NCBI GenBank assembly: GCA_951406725.2
Contig: OX597814.1
Span: 208,568,001 to 208,632,000, forward strand
Reading direction: 5' to 3'
Length of the DNA: 64,000 nt
Origin: Octopus vulgaris
Taxonomy: Eukaryota
In this document: positions 40,815 through 52,947 of the stretch, one piece after another
How positions within the stretch are numbered: the first letter of the stretch is position 1
Layout: each line of letters opens with the position of its first letter
Made by a program: the position numbers and the translations under genes
The notes under the pieces: generated by a model
Told to the model about the DNA's origin: nothing
The model's database searches: none
What the model saw: only the letters and a program-made list of their open reading frames with translations

Positions 40815-41029
40815 TTTCTTCTTTTTTCTTTCCTTTTACTTGTTTCAGTCATTTTACTGCGGCCATGCTGGAGCACCGCCTTTAGTCGAGCAAATCGACC
40901 CCGGGACTTATTCTTTGTAAGCCCAGTACTTATTCTATCGGTCTCTTTTTGCCGAACCGCTAAGTTACGGGGACGTAAACACACCAGCATCGGTTGTCAA
41001 GTAATGCTAGGGGGACAAACACAGACACA

Positions 41030-41081
<52 letters not shown>

Positions 41082-41245
41082 CACGACAGGCTTCTTTCAG
41101 TTTCCGTCTACCAAATCGACTCACAAGGCATTGGTCGGCCGGGGCTATAGCAGAAGACACTTGCCCAAGATGCCACGCAGTGGGACTGAACCCAGAATCA
41201 TGTGGTTGGTTAGCAAGCTACTTACCACACACCCACTCCTGCGAC
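40815..41245 (-). mobile_element. SINE family A, full length
   Basis: Complete reverse-complement match. Confidence 0.93.
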
Positions 41246-41509
41246 TATGCAGTCATTTTTATGTTTTTATAGAAATATTATTAAAAATTATCTAAAATTT
41301 GAAATTTAGCAGTCTCACTAATGCTTTTTTTTTTTCAAAATTCATTTTAAAATTAAATGATTCTATATAGTTTGCTCAACCTAATCTAATAAAGGAATCA
41401 AATTTCGGTCTATAATCTCTTTACAGTCTGAGACTTAAATCTCAGTATAAGGTAGCATGTCCGTTGTAAAAGCAGGTAGTCTATCGCTACAACTTTGATT
41501 AAATAATGA

Positions 41510-41830
41510 AGCATGACTGTGTGGTAAGAAGCTTGTTTTACCAACTACATGATTCCGGGTTCAGTCCCACAGCATGGCACGTTGGACAAGTGTTTTCTAT
41601 TTTAGCCTCGAATCAACCAAAGCCTTCTTAGTGGATTTGGTAGACGGAAACTGTATGTGTGTTTTTGTTCCCCATGACTGCTTGGAAACCAGTGTTAGTG
41701 TGTTTACATCCCCGTAGCGTTAGAATAAATAAAATAAGTACCCGGCTTAAAACATTAAAAAGTATCGGGTTGGTACATTCGACTAAAAGATCTTCAAGGC
41801 GGTGCTCCGGCATGGCTGCAATCTAATGAC
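41510..41830 (+). mobile_element. SINE family A, older diverged copy
   Basis: Degenerate head, core and 3' GGCGGTGCTCCGGCATGGCTGCA. Confidence 0.8.
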
Positions 41831-42536
41831 TGATCTAACTGACACGCTGTGAGTATCCTAGATGTATATTCACGGTGGCTGGACATTTAAATTTGCTTCT
41901 ACAAAATATTAAGTTAAATATCGCTATGAAGACATAGAATCAGCTCAAATCAAATCTGATGAAAATTATGTAAAAGTAGCAGCAGCAGCAACAAAAACCA
42001 GTGGCAGCAGCAGAAGTAGCAGCAAGAGCAATAACAACAAAGTAACTATTCTTTTCAGATATTCGCACTTTTATGATTATCTTCATCCTGGGATATTCCA
42101 TTTTGAAGAATCAAGCAGAGAGGCGACACGAAAACGTTAAGGTATTGTCCCATAGGCACTTGTATACAATTTAAGCAAACATTCCGTATAAATAAAAAAC
42201 AAAAAAAAAAAGATAATAAGCAACTAAGACACGAAAATTTCGAAGATTTATGTGTTAGAATATTTTTTTAAATAGATGGAAATGAGAAAAGAGTTGATAT
42301 ATTTTTTCTGAAGGTTCACACGAGTAGAACAAGATGAATGATTCTGAAATTGTATCAAGAGAGAAATGCCGAGGTGAGAATAAAAAAAAAAATGTTCTCA
42401 CATTTGCAATATATCATGCACAAAAAAAACCCACTTCATTACATGCATACTTATATAGACACATATATGCATGCAAATCTGCCTGCCTGCCTCTTACTCT
42501 CTCTCTCTCTTCCCTCTCTCTCTCTATATATATATG

Positions 42537-42635
<99 letters not shown>

Positions 42636-42668
42636 TTGTATATATATATATGTGTGTGTGTGTGTTTG

Positions 42669-42699
<31 letters not shown>

Positions 42700-42728
42700 A
42701 TATATACATATATGTGTGTGTGTGTTTG

Positions 42729-42787
<59 letters not shown>

Positions 42788-42788
<1 letters not shown>

Positions 42789-42945
42789 GGCGCAGGCGTG
42801 GTAGAAAGCTTGCTTCCAAACCACATGGTTCTGGGTTCAGTCCCTCTGCGTAGCATCTTGGAGAAGTATCTTTTGCTGTAGCCTCATAACCAAAACCCTG
42901 TGAATGGATTTGGCAGGCGGAAACTGAAAGATGCCTGTCGTATAT
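42788..42945 (+). mobile_element. SINE family A, 5' half ending at the internal microsatellite
   Basis: AGGCGCAGGCGTGG...GGAAACTGAAAGATGCCTGTCGTATA. Confidence 0.82.
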
Positions 42946-42951
42946 ATATGA

Positions 42952-43006
<55 letters not shown>

Positions 43007-43029
43007 CACTCTTGTGTAGTACTGATAAC

Positions 43030-44190
43030 ATGTAGTCCAGTACAAGTGTTGCATGGTCGTGTCGTTAGAGACTAAACTGGGAACCCCGTTAGGCTTGCTT
43101 GGTGTGGAGGGTGATTATTGGTCACACTGCGGAATGAAAAATAAGACTCGTCAAAGGGCGGAGGAACTCATGAGGAGTCAACGGTCAGCCAATAAATATG
43201 TGTAAATATATATATATTATTTATATTTAAATCTTATTTATATTTTTAAATGACGTCTTACTTTGTGTTATGTATGAATGAGCTACTCCGTGTCGGACAC
43301 CGGAATGATATTTGATCACTTTATAGAGCGTTTGAGTGTTGGTTTGGTGTCTGGAATGGGATAGCTTACCCCATGGGCAGGTAGAAGCTCTTTAACCTTG
43401 GTTGGTAATCTACCTAGGAGAAGGAAATCTCAAAAATAAAACATAAGGCCTTGGAAGTTCCTGGTTTTGTCAATTTTCACGTCACACTGGCGAAAGTCTT
43501 CTTGGACCAATAGGTGGGGGTAGTGCAGTGCAAGCTACACCCACTGAAAATTGTTCATCTGCACAGGTACCTCTTGTACACCAATTCTGAGTAAAATCAT
43601 TGAATTGGTGGTTGGTTGGCTGTAAGAAACCTAAAAATGCACTTGTAACTTACTCTAAAATATCTCAAACAGATTCAATAAATGACTAAAAAGGCTTGGG
43701 AACGTCAGGGTAAAAGGTCTGGCTCGGCAGGTGTCCCAGGGTGTCACAGGCCGGTCCCGGTCGTCATCCTGCCACTGTGGTCAAACAATCTTCAAGAAAA
43801 AGTAAAAATAAACATCTTCTGAATTGTGGCTGTTGGAATGTGCGCATACTTCTTGATGATAATTTCAACAAGAGGCCAGAAAGGTATACTCCACTTATTG
43901 CAGGTAAGCTTAAGAAATATTCCCTTGATATAGCTGCGCTCTCTGAAACTCATTTCTCTGATGAGGGTCAAGTAAATGAACCTACCTATGGATATACTAT
44001 CTGATGAAGAGGCCTACCTGAAGAACAGGGTAGAGAATCTGGTTTTAGGTTTGCTTTCAAAAATTCATTTGTATCATCCATTGCAGAATTTCCATGTGGT
44101 ATATCTGAACGAACCATGTCATGCCATATAAAACTGACAAAAGGTAGGTTTCTTACCGTTGTCAGTATTTACGCAACAACAATGTCTCAT
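43030..44190 (+). mobile_element. RTE-clade LINE 5' portion (5' UTR + APE endonuclease N-terminus), pseudogenised
   Basis: CWNVRILLD..RPERYTPLIAGKLKKYSLDIAALSETHFSDEGQ and LTVVSIYATT match RTE endonuclease motifs; UTR motif CTAGGAGAAGGAAA; stop at 44002-44004; 5' boundary approximate. Confidence 0.88.
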
Positions 44191-44468
44191 TGTGACCGAC
44201 CAGGCTATCAGATGTTGCTGCGCTTCGCATTGTTTTAGCCTTCAAATGACGCCATCCCGCTGGCTAAGCGAGCAGATCAACAGCAGAAAGAGTGAGAGAA
44301 AGTTGTGGTGAAAGAGTACAGCAGAGATCGCCACCACCTCTGCCGGAGCCTCGTGGAGCTTTAGGTGTTTTCGCTCAATAAACACTCACAACACCCGGTT
44401 TGGGTATCGAAACCGCAACCCTACGACCGCGAGTCCGCTGCCTTAACCACTGGGCCATTGCGCCTCCA
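44191..44468 (-). mobile_element. SINE family C head with tail type 3 (about 280 bp; possibly octopus OR2)
   Basis: Family C head and core on the minus strand, then a distinct tail ...GAAGGCTAAAACAATGCGAAGCGC...CTGGTCGGTCACA. Confidence 0.87.
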
Positions 44469-44477
44469 CACACACAT

Positions 44478-44509
<32 letters not shown>

Positions 44510-44544
44510 TACGTAAGTATATAAACGCACACACATACTTTAAT

Positions 44545-45120
44545 GAGATCGTATTAACAGTCTTGAATATTTTTGTATCAGACATTTTTTCCCACTCTAT
44601 CTATAAATCCTGCTTTATCGCTACCATTCCTGCACGGCTTAGATGTTTCAAGGATCATTTTCCATATGGCCTTGTATTTAGATGCTGTTTGTTTCAAGTA
44701 CCAAATATAAATATAAATGGAAACCTTAATCATATGACGCCTTTGTATATACCTGAAACTAAGTAGCTTGGTGTAATAACTTGTAATGTTCCTTCAATCA
44801 TTTCCAATATATACGTTTATTGTGCTGCCTTGTTTTGACATTTAAATGCTCAACTTGTGCTTGGTATATGATAGCTTTGCGTTGCAATGTCCGTTAAGTG
44901 GGCAAGCATTAATGTTTCTGCTAGAAGAGCATTTTCCAGGCGTAATAGAGGACTTGCGTAATGTGATATTATTCGTGCTAGTTGTACAACTATGTCTTAA
45001 TTTAAAGGGATGACTGTTTAATAATTTCCTATATTTATTGTTAAAAGAGAAATGCTTGTCTAGCATCATCATGGATATGACAAAGGTGTTCGAAATAAAA
45101 ACGAAATATGAGAACAATAA
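44545..45120 (-). mobile_element. Decayed Penelope-like element, linker + GIY-YIG endonuclease region
   Basis: LDKHFSFNNKYRKLLNSHPFKLRHSC, CPLNGHC, IIYQAQV and IWYLKQ resemble Penelope C-terminal motifs. Confidence 0.72.
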
Positions 45121-46904
45121 AGGATTCCTCAGCGAATAGTAAAGCGAAAGTAAAAAAGGAAGTTATTGCACAGTTGGAGTGGTTATAGCTGTACATTGTT
45201 TGATGCGGTTGCTGCAGGGATGACAGAGGGAAAAAGTATATCACAGTGTCAACCAAAGAAATCTGGTGATTTTCAATAAGTCTCAGTTATTGTTTGACAC
45301 CGTTGGCGAAGGGGATCCTCTCGGAAGATGCAAAAATCAATCTCATCTTCAGCTGACAGTCGATGACGGGAGTATCTCACAGTGCATGCTTGCATGATAC
45401 ACATACATACATACATACATACATACATACATACATACATACATGCATACATACATGCATACATACATTCATTCATACATACATGCATACATACATTCAT
45501 TCATACATACATGCATACATACATACATGCGTGAAAACACACGTACACACACACACATTAAGATTATTTTAAAACTTAAGTCTAACCGGACATGCGGAGG
45601 TAACACAACATTGAGGGCAGAATGTCAAATTTATGGCAAATTTCTAATTGAATGAGATTTCAAGTTTCGCCAAAGGCTTTTTATATATACATGTATGTGT
45701 GCTTTTTATATATACATGTATGTGTGCATGCATGCATCCATCCATCCATCCATCCATACATACATACATACGTCCATCCATCCATCCATCCATCCATCCA
45801 TCCATCCATCCATCCATCCATACATCCATCCATCCATACATACATACATATATACGTCCCTACATAGAGTCTTTTATCTAAAAATTCCAAGACAGTTTTA
45901 GATTACTAATCCAAACATATTTTCTTTCCAAAATGTAAATTTAGGTTTTTCCCCACTGGTTGAGAATATATTTATCTAAACAAGATACACACTAAATATA
46001 ATTCGGATAAATGTTTAGCATTGAATTACTATTATATCTACTTTGTAAATCGATACCATCCAAGCTGAGGTGTTGTTTTCCGAGACATAAAACTGAGATG
46101 CTGCCAATAAATGATGGCACTCATATTAGCACAATGCCACACATTTTTGTTGAAGAAAGAGTAAACTAGACCACTGTACATTACATAATATCGTGCTTGA
46201 TTCGTCTTTTTATAAGAAGAGATATGAAAGAGAAGATTTACTTTATTAGGATTCGAAACCAAAATATAACGTTGCGGAAACGGTGGAACTAAATACTATA
46301 AGACAATTAATCTGGCACTCGATCGTTTCTACCACCCTGTATCCGGTTTGTTAAGCCATTTAGTGCAATTGGCCAAACGGATCATGTATTACAGAAACAT
46401 CGAAGCAGATACGGCTTTACTTTATGAAGAGCTAAGAAACGAACTAGTGTTTCTTACCAAATGAAATTTTATGGCTTGTCTGTTTCCCGATTAATTAGAC
46501 TCATATATAGATTGTGTCCTTTCCTGGGAATTTGCAAATATAAAGAGTAAAAAGTATTATTGAAATAGAGTCTCGAGCGCCTTCGAATAAAAGATAAGCT
46601 CCCAGAAAGACAAAACTGCTATAGTCTCACTACATAATGAAAACTAATTTATTTCATGAGGATTCATAACTATCCTAACTTAAAATATTTTCCTTCCAGT
46701 AAATTGGTAGTTTTGTGTAACTAGTCAAAACGAAAGCAATATATTTCTCCCATTGGCACAAAGTAAAAATTTCGTGTTAAGGGATACGTGATGGATTTGT
46801 TCCAGTGCAATACTCATTACGTTATTAATTTCACAAAGTTGCAATGTAGAGTCCAGGGAATTTGGAATTAGAAACATAATGCAATGTAAGTAAATACTGC
46901 AAGA

Positions 46905-47075
46905 TATTTGGATGAGTATATCTAAGCAGTTAAGAGTTTAATTTCGTAACCACGCAATTTCAGGTTCGATATCCCAGCGGAGCAGCTTGGGAGATATCTT
47001 CTACTATAATCTCAGCTCAGTCAAAGACTTGTGAATGGAATTTTGTAGACAGTAACCATGTGGAAGCTTGCTTGA
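46905..47075 (+). mobile_element. Very old SINE A-like remnant
   Basis: GGTTCGATATCCC, CTTGGGAGATATCTTCTACTATA, CTTGTGAATGGAATTTTGTAGAC. Confidence 0.55.
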
Positions 47076-47284
47076 AAGACCGTTCATGTTCTTTGGTGAT
47101 TATTTAATTCGTAACTCGTTTTAACACAAACATCTGACCCTTCATCGATTTTGAGGGAATCATCCCTGTTACAAGCTTTCGAACCAAGATTTCTTTTCTC
47201 CAGACGATGACCTCCTCCTGTGAGAAAGTACTAAAATAAAACAACGGAACTCTACTCAAACTTAAACTCCTAAAATTTCATTCT

Positions 47285-47609
47285 GTTAGTTAGTTAGTTA
47301 GTTAATTTGGCTCAAAAGCAAATAGCAAGGCCATGTAGGGGGACATGGAGTTAAGTACAGGGTGGTGTTCATGTAAAGAGTTCAGGCCACTTGAGGTCCA
47401 GGGAGGCTTTGAACAAAGCGGTCGTCGGCATCTTCACCATCTCGTCTGGCAGCTTGTTCCACGGATCCGCAACCCGGACGGAGAAAGCTCCTCTCCTTCG
47501 ATTGAGATGAAATCGTCGCAGATAGAGCTTTTCGGAATGACCCCGCAGCCGACGCTCCGGAGCAGGAGTGAAGAACAGCTCTTTCGAGAGGTTACACTTC
47601 CCGCTTATG
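47285..47609 (-). mobile_element. Young 5'-truncated CR1-type LINE 3' end
   Basis: Intact frame ...LRGHSEKLYLRRFHLNRRRGAFSVRVADPWNKLPDEMVKMPTTALFKASLDLKWPELFT* (stop 47369-47371), short UTR, (AACT)n tail. Confidence 0.88.
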
Positions 47610-48307
47610 AAACAATCGTTAATTATTCAGAAATCTTGCAGTTTACCGCAGCAATCTTTCTTTTCGTACCGGCTTGGGGTAAAACAGACTGAGTTTAAAT
47701 TCCTAACCTTTCACCCCACCCTGTTTGATATCAAAATAGGCTAATAAAACACTCGTTAATTGTTCAGAGAGTCTGAAGAGCACGGCAGCAATCTCTATCA
47801 GTCATTCGTAACAGCCTGAGGTGAAATAGTCTAGGATGGCGAGAGAATAGAGTTTTTCTTCTACACAGACTGTTACTGCCAGCAACAGGATATGAACCAG
47901 TAACCTGTAGTTTCGTTTTGTAATAACTTGATCGATTAAATCTTCTACGACTGCTTCAAGCAATATAGTGAAGTACTTGAAATGCATTATCTGAATATTT
48001 CAGGGATGGTCCTCGATATAAACAATATTTTCACAAGTGAAAGCAGAACGCATAATAACAGAATAAGTATTCTAAGCATTATAGAAAAGAAAATCAATAC
48101 CAACTAGTTTCAAATCATTATTGTCAATGTCAGCCAATATGTGTGCGCGCGCGAATGTGTGTGAGTGTGTGTATATATGTAAATATGGCAGACATAGATG
48201 TGTGTGGGAATTTATATAAATGTATGCATTCGATGTATACATACACTCGTACACGTATATTTATGTTGGTGCGTATGTATGTGTGTGTGTGTGTGTGTGT
48301 TTGTATA

Positions 48308-48358
<51 letters not shown>

Positions 48359-48428
48359 TAGATATAGATAGATAGACAGATAGATAAAAATACACTATAT
48401 ATGTATACACACACATACATACGTACAA

Positions 48429-48482
<54 letters not shown>

Positions 48483-48904
48483 GATATATATGCACATGCT
48501 CTTAGGACATTCTTCGCACAAGTTTCTTTATTCACTGCTTCCTTCTTGTCCTATTTGGTCCGATGACAAATCGACGGAGTCTTTGTGTGAAACGAATAGA
48601 TTAAAGGTGTCAAATCAGGACATACGAAGGAAGTTGCAGTACCTTAAAATTCAGTTTCTAAAGGATTTCTACTGTACGAGTAGCAGTGTGAGGACGGGCT
48701 TCCTTGTGTAGCAATACAACGCCTTTCGATTATGGCCCGCGAGGCTAAATTTCGAATTGCAGGATACAGCTTGTTACAAGGAATCTTGTTATAACGAACA
48801 CTGTTTACTGTTGAGCATAAACCATGATAACGCCACAGTATTAGTTCTTTCGATACCAAACAAACTACCATCCTTTCTTTAAATGTTGTTTGAATTTTCA
48901 GCTA

Positions 48905-49602
48905 TTTTTTTTTCTGTCGAGCAATCCTAGATATTTCTAATCTATTCTCTGGAGTTTACTTTAGTTTCGTTAGAGTGAAGATGAAGATTTTTTTCCCAAG
49001 GTATCATCTTCGTTATCATAGCGATGGCAGATTTCAATATGATTTTATTTGCGCGATTCTATGGACCCTATGGAGGAGGTACCTGAAGACTCTACCTCCA
49101 CGATCCTTACAGAAACTACTGGCAGCGAAAATGGATTGAAAATGGATGTGATTTTGTGAGTTGATTTGGGATCTGTCTTGTACGAACTTCAATAATACTT
49201 TCTCTGTTGTGGATAATTTTCATATGTAGAGCAAGGCCAATTTTTATATATAGAGCAAGGACCAATTTTTTTTTTCTGTCGAGCAATCCTAGATATTTCT
49301 AATCTATTCTCTGGAGTTTACTTTAGTTTCGTTAGAGTGAAGATTTTTTTCCCAAGGTACCATCTTCGTTACCATAGCGCTGGCAGATTTCAATATGATT
49401 TTATTTGCGCGATTCTATGGACCCTATGGAGGAGGTACCTGAAGACTCTACCTCCACGATCCTTACAGAAACTACTGGCAGCGAAAATGGATTGAAAATG
49501 GATGTGATTTTGTGAGTTGATTTGGGATCTGTCTTGTATGAACTTCAATAATACTTTGTCTGTTGTGGATGATTTTTTTTATCGGTAGAGCAAGGACCAA
49601 TT
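48905..49602. repeat. Tandem duplication, period about 362 bp, 2 copies
   Basis: CTGTCGAGCAATCC begins at 48914 and 49276; copies differ by a few substitutions and a 6-bp indel. Confidence 0.95.
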
Positions 49603-50311
49603 TGCATATTATTTGTACCATTATCAATAGTCATTTCTGTGCTAAACAGAATCATGTCACAGATTTGTTCAATGTCGTCACCAGGAAAGGACGCATTGTT
49701 GCCGGCTCTTTCATGGTACATGAAACTTGTGCAGTAAATTTTAGCCATGAAATACCAATAATATCATATCTGAATGTTTTTATAAAAAAAAATAGTTTCA
49801 TTGCATTGCTAGAAGCTCTATTTGAATTGTTCTGGATGATAATTTTTGTAGGGAGTTGTTTTCTAGGCCTTCTTTTAATTTCTCGGCATCTATTATTACC
49901 ATCTTATCGTCCACATACACAATGCATATTGTTTAGCCTATGTTTTCACACTATTTTATTTTCACTCGAGGTTACGTAGAATACAGCGAAAACGGCCTTA
50001 AGAGAGAAACTAAAAGTACTCTAGTTTTGCTTATACAATTCGTGGACAGCGAAAAATAACATCTGTTGTACAGGACAATAAGAATTTCTTGAGTATGTCA
50101 TCTGATATAGCGGGGGTGGGGTCTTATTCTTGGGTGATTTTATACATTATCTAATTCAATTTTTATTGTTTCTATTGTTGGATTGTAAGTAGTTTCTACG
50201 TCTAAAGTGGAGATGCTGCCTACTTCATCAGTGTCTTTTAGAGATTACCAGGAGCTTTCTGGATGAATGTACACTGTAACTCTTCGGTGAGTGTTGTCTC
50301 ATAATGTTATC

Positions 50312-50713
50312 TTTCTTTTAATTGTTTCAGTCATTTGACTGCGGCCATGCTGGAGCACCGCTTTTAGTCGAGCAAATCGACCTCGGGACGTATTCTTTGT
50401 AAGCCCAGTACTTATTCTATCGGTCTCTTTGCCGAACCGCTAAGTAACGGGGACGTAAACACACCAGCATCGGTTGTCAAGCAATGCTAGGGGGACAAAC
50501 ACACGCACAAACACATACACACACATACATATATATATATACATATATACGACGGGCTTCTTTCAGTTTCCGTCTACCAAATCCACTCACAAGGCATTGG
50601 TCGGCCCGGGGCTATAGCAGAAGACACTTGCCCAAGATGCCACGCAGTGGGACTGAACCCGGAACCATGTGGTTGGTTAGCAAGCTACTTACCACACAGC
50701 CACTCCTGCGCCT
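50312..50713 (-). mobile_element. SINE family A, full length
   Basis: Complete reverse-complement match. Confidence 0.93.
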
Positions 50714-50819
50714 GGTGAATTTATTTGAGGAAATATTATTAATCGCCAACGGATACCCTAAAACATAGAGCAAGTCTTTCGACAATACCGAAACAAATGC
50801 AGTTCAATTAATATATCAG

Positions 50820-50863
<44 letters not shown>

Positions 50864-52022
50864 GGCGGCGAGCTGGCAGAGACGTTAGCACGCCGGGCGA
50901 AATGCCTAGCGGTATTTCGTCTGTCTTTACGTTCTGAGTTCAAATTCCGCCGAGGTCGACTTTGCCTTTCATCCTTTCGGGGTCGATAAATGAAGTACCA
51001 GTTACGCACTGGGGTCGATGTAATCGACTTAATACCTATGTCTGTCCTTGTTTGTCCCCTCTATGTTTAGCCCCTTGTGGGTAATAAAGAAATAGGTATT
51101 TCGTCTGTTTTTACATTCTGAGTTCAAATTCCGCCGAGGTCGACTTTGCCTTTCATCCTTTCGGAGTCGATAAATTAAGTACCAGTTACGCACTGGGGTC
51201 GATATAATCGACTTAATACCTATGTCTGTCCTTGTTTGTCCCCTCTATGTTTAGCCCCTTGTGGGTAATAAAGAAATAGGTATTTCGTCTGTTTTTACAT
51301 TCTGAGTTCAAATTCCGCCGAGGTCAACTTTGCCTTTCATCCTTTCGGAGTCGATAAATTAAGTACCAGTTACGCACTGGGGTCGATATAATCGACTTAA
51401 TCTGTTTGTCTGTCCTTGTTTGTCTTCTCTGTGTTTAGCCCCTTGTGGGTAGTAAAGAAATAGAAATAGGTATTCCGTCTGTCTTTACGTTCTGAGTTCA
51501 AATTCCGCCGAGGTCGACTTTGCCTTTCATCCTTTCGGGGTCGATAAATTAAGTACCAGTTAAGCACTGGGGTCGTTATAATCGACTTAATCCGTTTGTC
51601 TGTCCTTGTTTGTCCCCTCTATGTTTAGCCCCTTGTGGGTAATAAAGAAATAGGTGTTTCGTCTGTCTTTACGTTCTGAGTTCAAATTCCGCCGAGGTCG
51701 ACTTTGCCTTTCATCCTTTCGGGATCGGTAAATTAAGTACCAGTTAAGCACTGGGGTGGATGTAAACGACTTAATCCGTTTGTCTGTCTTTGTTTGTCCC
51801 CTCTATGTTTAACCCCTTGTGGGTAGTAAAGAAATAGGTATTTCATCTGTCTTTACGTTCTGAGTTCAAATTTCGCCGAGGTCGACTTTGGCTTTCATCC
51901 TTTCGGGGTCGATAAATTAAGTACCAGTTACACACTGGGGTCGATGTAAACGACTTAATACCTATGTCTGTCTTTGTTTGTCCTCCCTCTATGTTTAGCC
52001 CCTTGTGGGCAATAAAGAAATA
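50864..52022 (+). mobile_element. SINE family B array: one head + 6 bodies
   Basis: Head 50864-50910; bodies start at 50911, 51095, 51279, 51469, 51653 and 51837. Confidence 0.96.
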
Positions 52023-52700
52023 ACTGTATGTGTGTGTGTGCGCGGGCGTGTATGAGAGGCGGAGGGAATAAGAAGTTGATAAAATTGCTTCACACATGTA
52101 GGAAGCAAGCCACTGGCCATTGAAGAAATTATTTATTCATTTATTTCTATTAGCTTTCTGGTATTTTAAAAGATATCTTAGCTGTACAACAACTGGAAAA
52201 ATTTGTGATTCATCCATTTCTAACGCAGTCAATAATCGTAAATCAAACGGTGCGACAGGTGTGTTTTTTTTTTTTTAATATAGAAATTCGAAATTTGATG
52301 GAAGGAGATGATAATGAAGATGGTATAAAGAGAGATTGAGAAAAAGACAAAGAAAGAGATGGAGAGAAAAAAAACTCAGACAATGAACAGAAGATGAGAT
52401 ACAAGCAGGAAGACAGACTAAAAAGTTAATCTACCAGGGGAAAGCGTTCACGGAAAATTAAGCAGAATAGTGCGGATTATTAATCAAAGAACGGTTACAT
52501 CATAATATACTTCAGCAACAGCAGCAACAGCAGCAACAGTAGCAGCGGTAACGATCAGTACAGAAGTTGAACAACAACAAAAAAAAACGGGAAAAGAAAA
52601 TTAGCAAAAAAGGAACATGAATATTATGTAAACGAGCAAGGAACAGGGCAGAGATAAATGATAAGCGGGATAAGCGGATGAAGAGATAGATCTACACCTA

Positions 52701-52880
52701 GATGATGATAGAGACGATGATGATGATGGTGATGATGATGATGATGATGATGATAGAGATGATGATGATAGAGATGATGATGATGATGATAGAGATGATG
52801 ATGATGATGATAGAGATGATGATGATGATGATGATAGAGATGATGATGATGATGATAGAGATGATGATGATGATGATAGA

Positions 52881-52922
<42 letters not shown>

Positions 52923-52947
52923 AGAGATGATGATGATGATGATGATG
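52701..52947. repeat. (GAT)n with periodic AGA interruptions
   Basis: Directly visible. Confidence 0.95.

Noticed and set aside
50911-52022. CRISPR-like array or hammerhead retrozyme reading of the 184-bp repeats
   Set aside because: No unique spacers or cas genes and the context is eukaryotic; I found no CUGANGA...GAAA core on either strand of the unit
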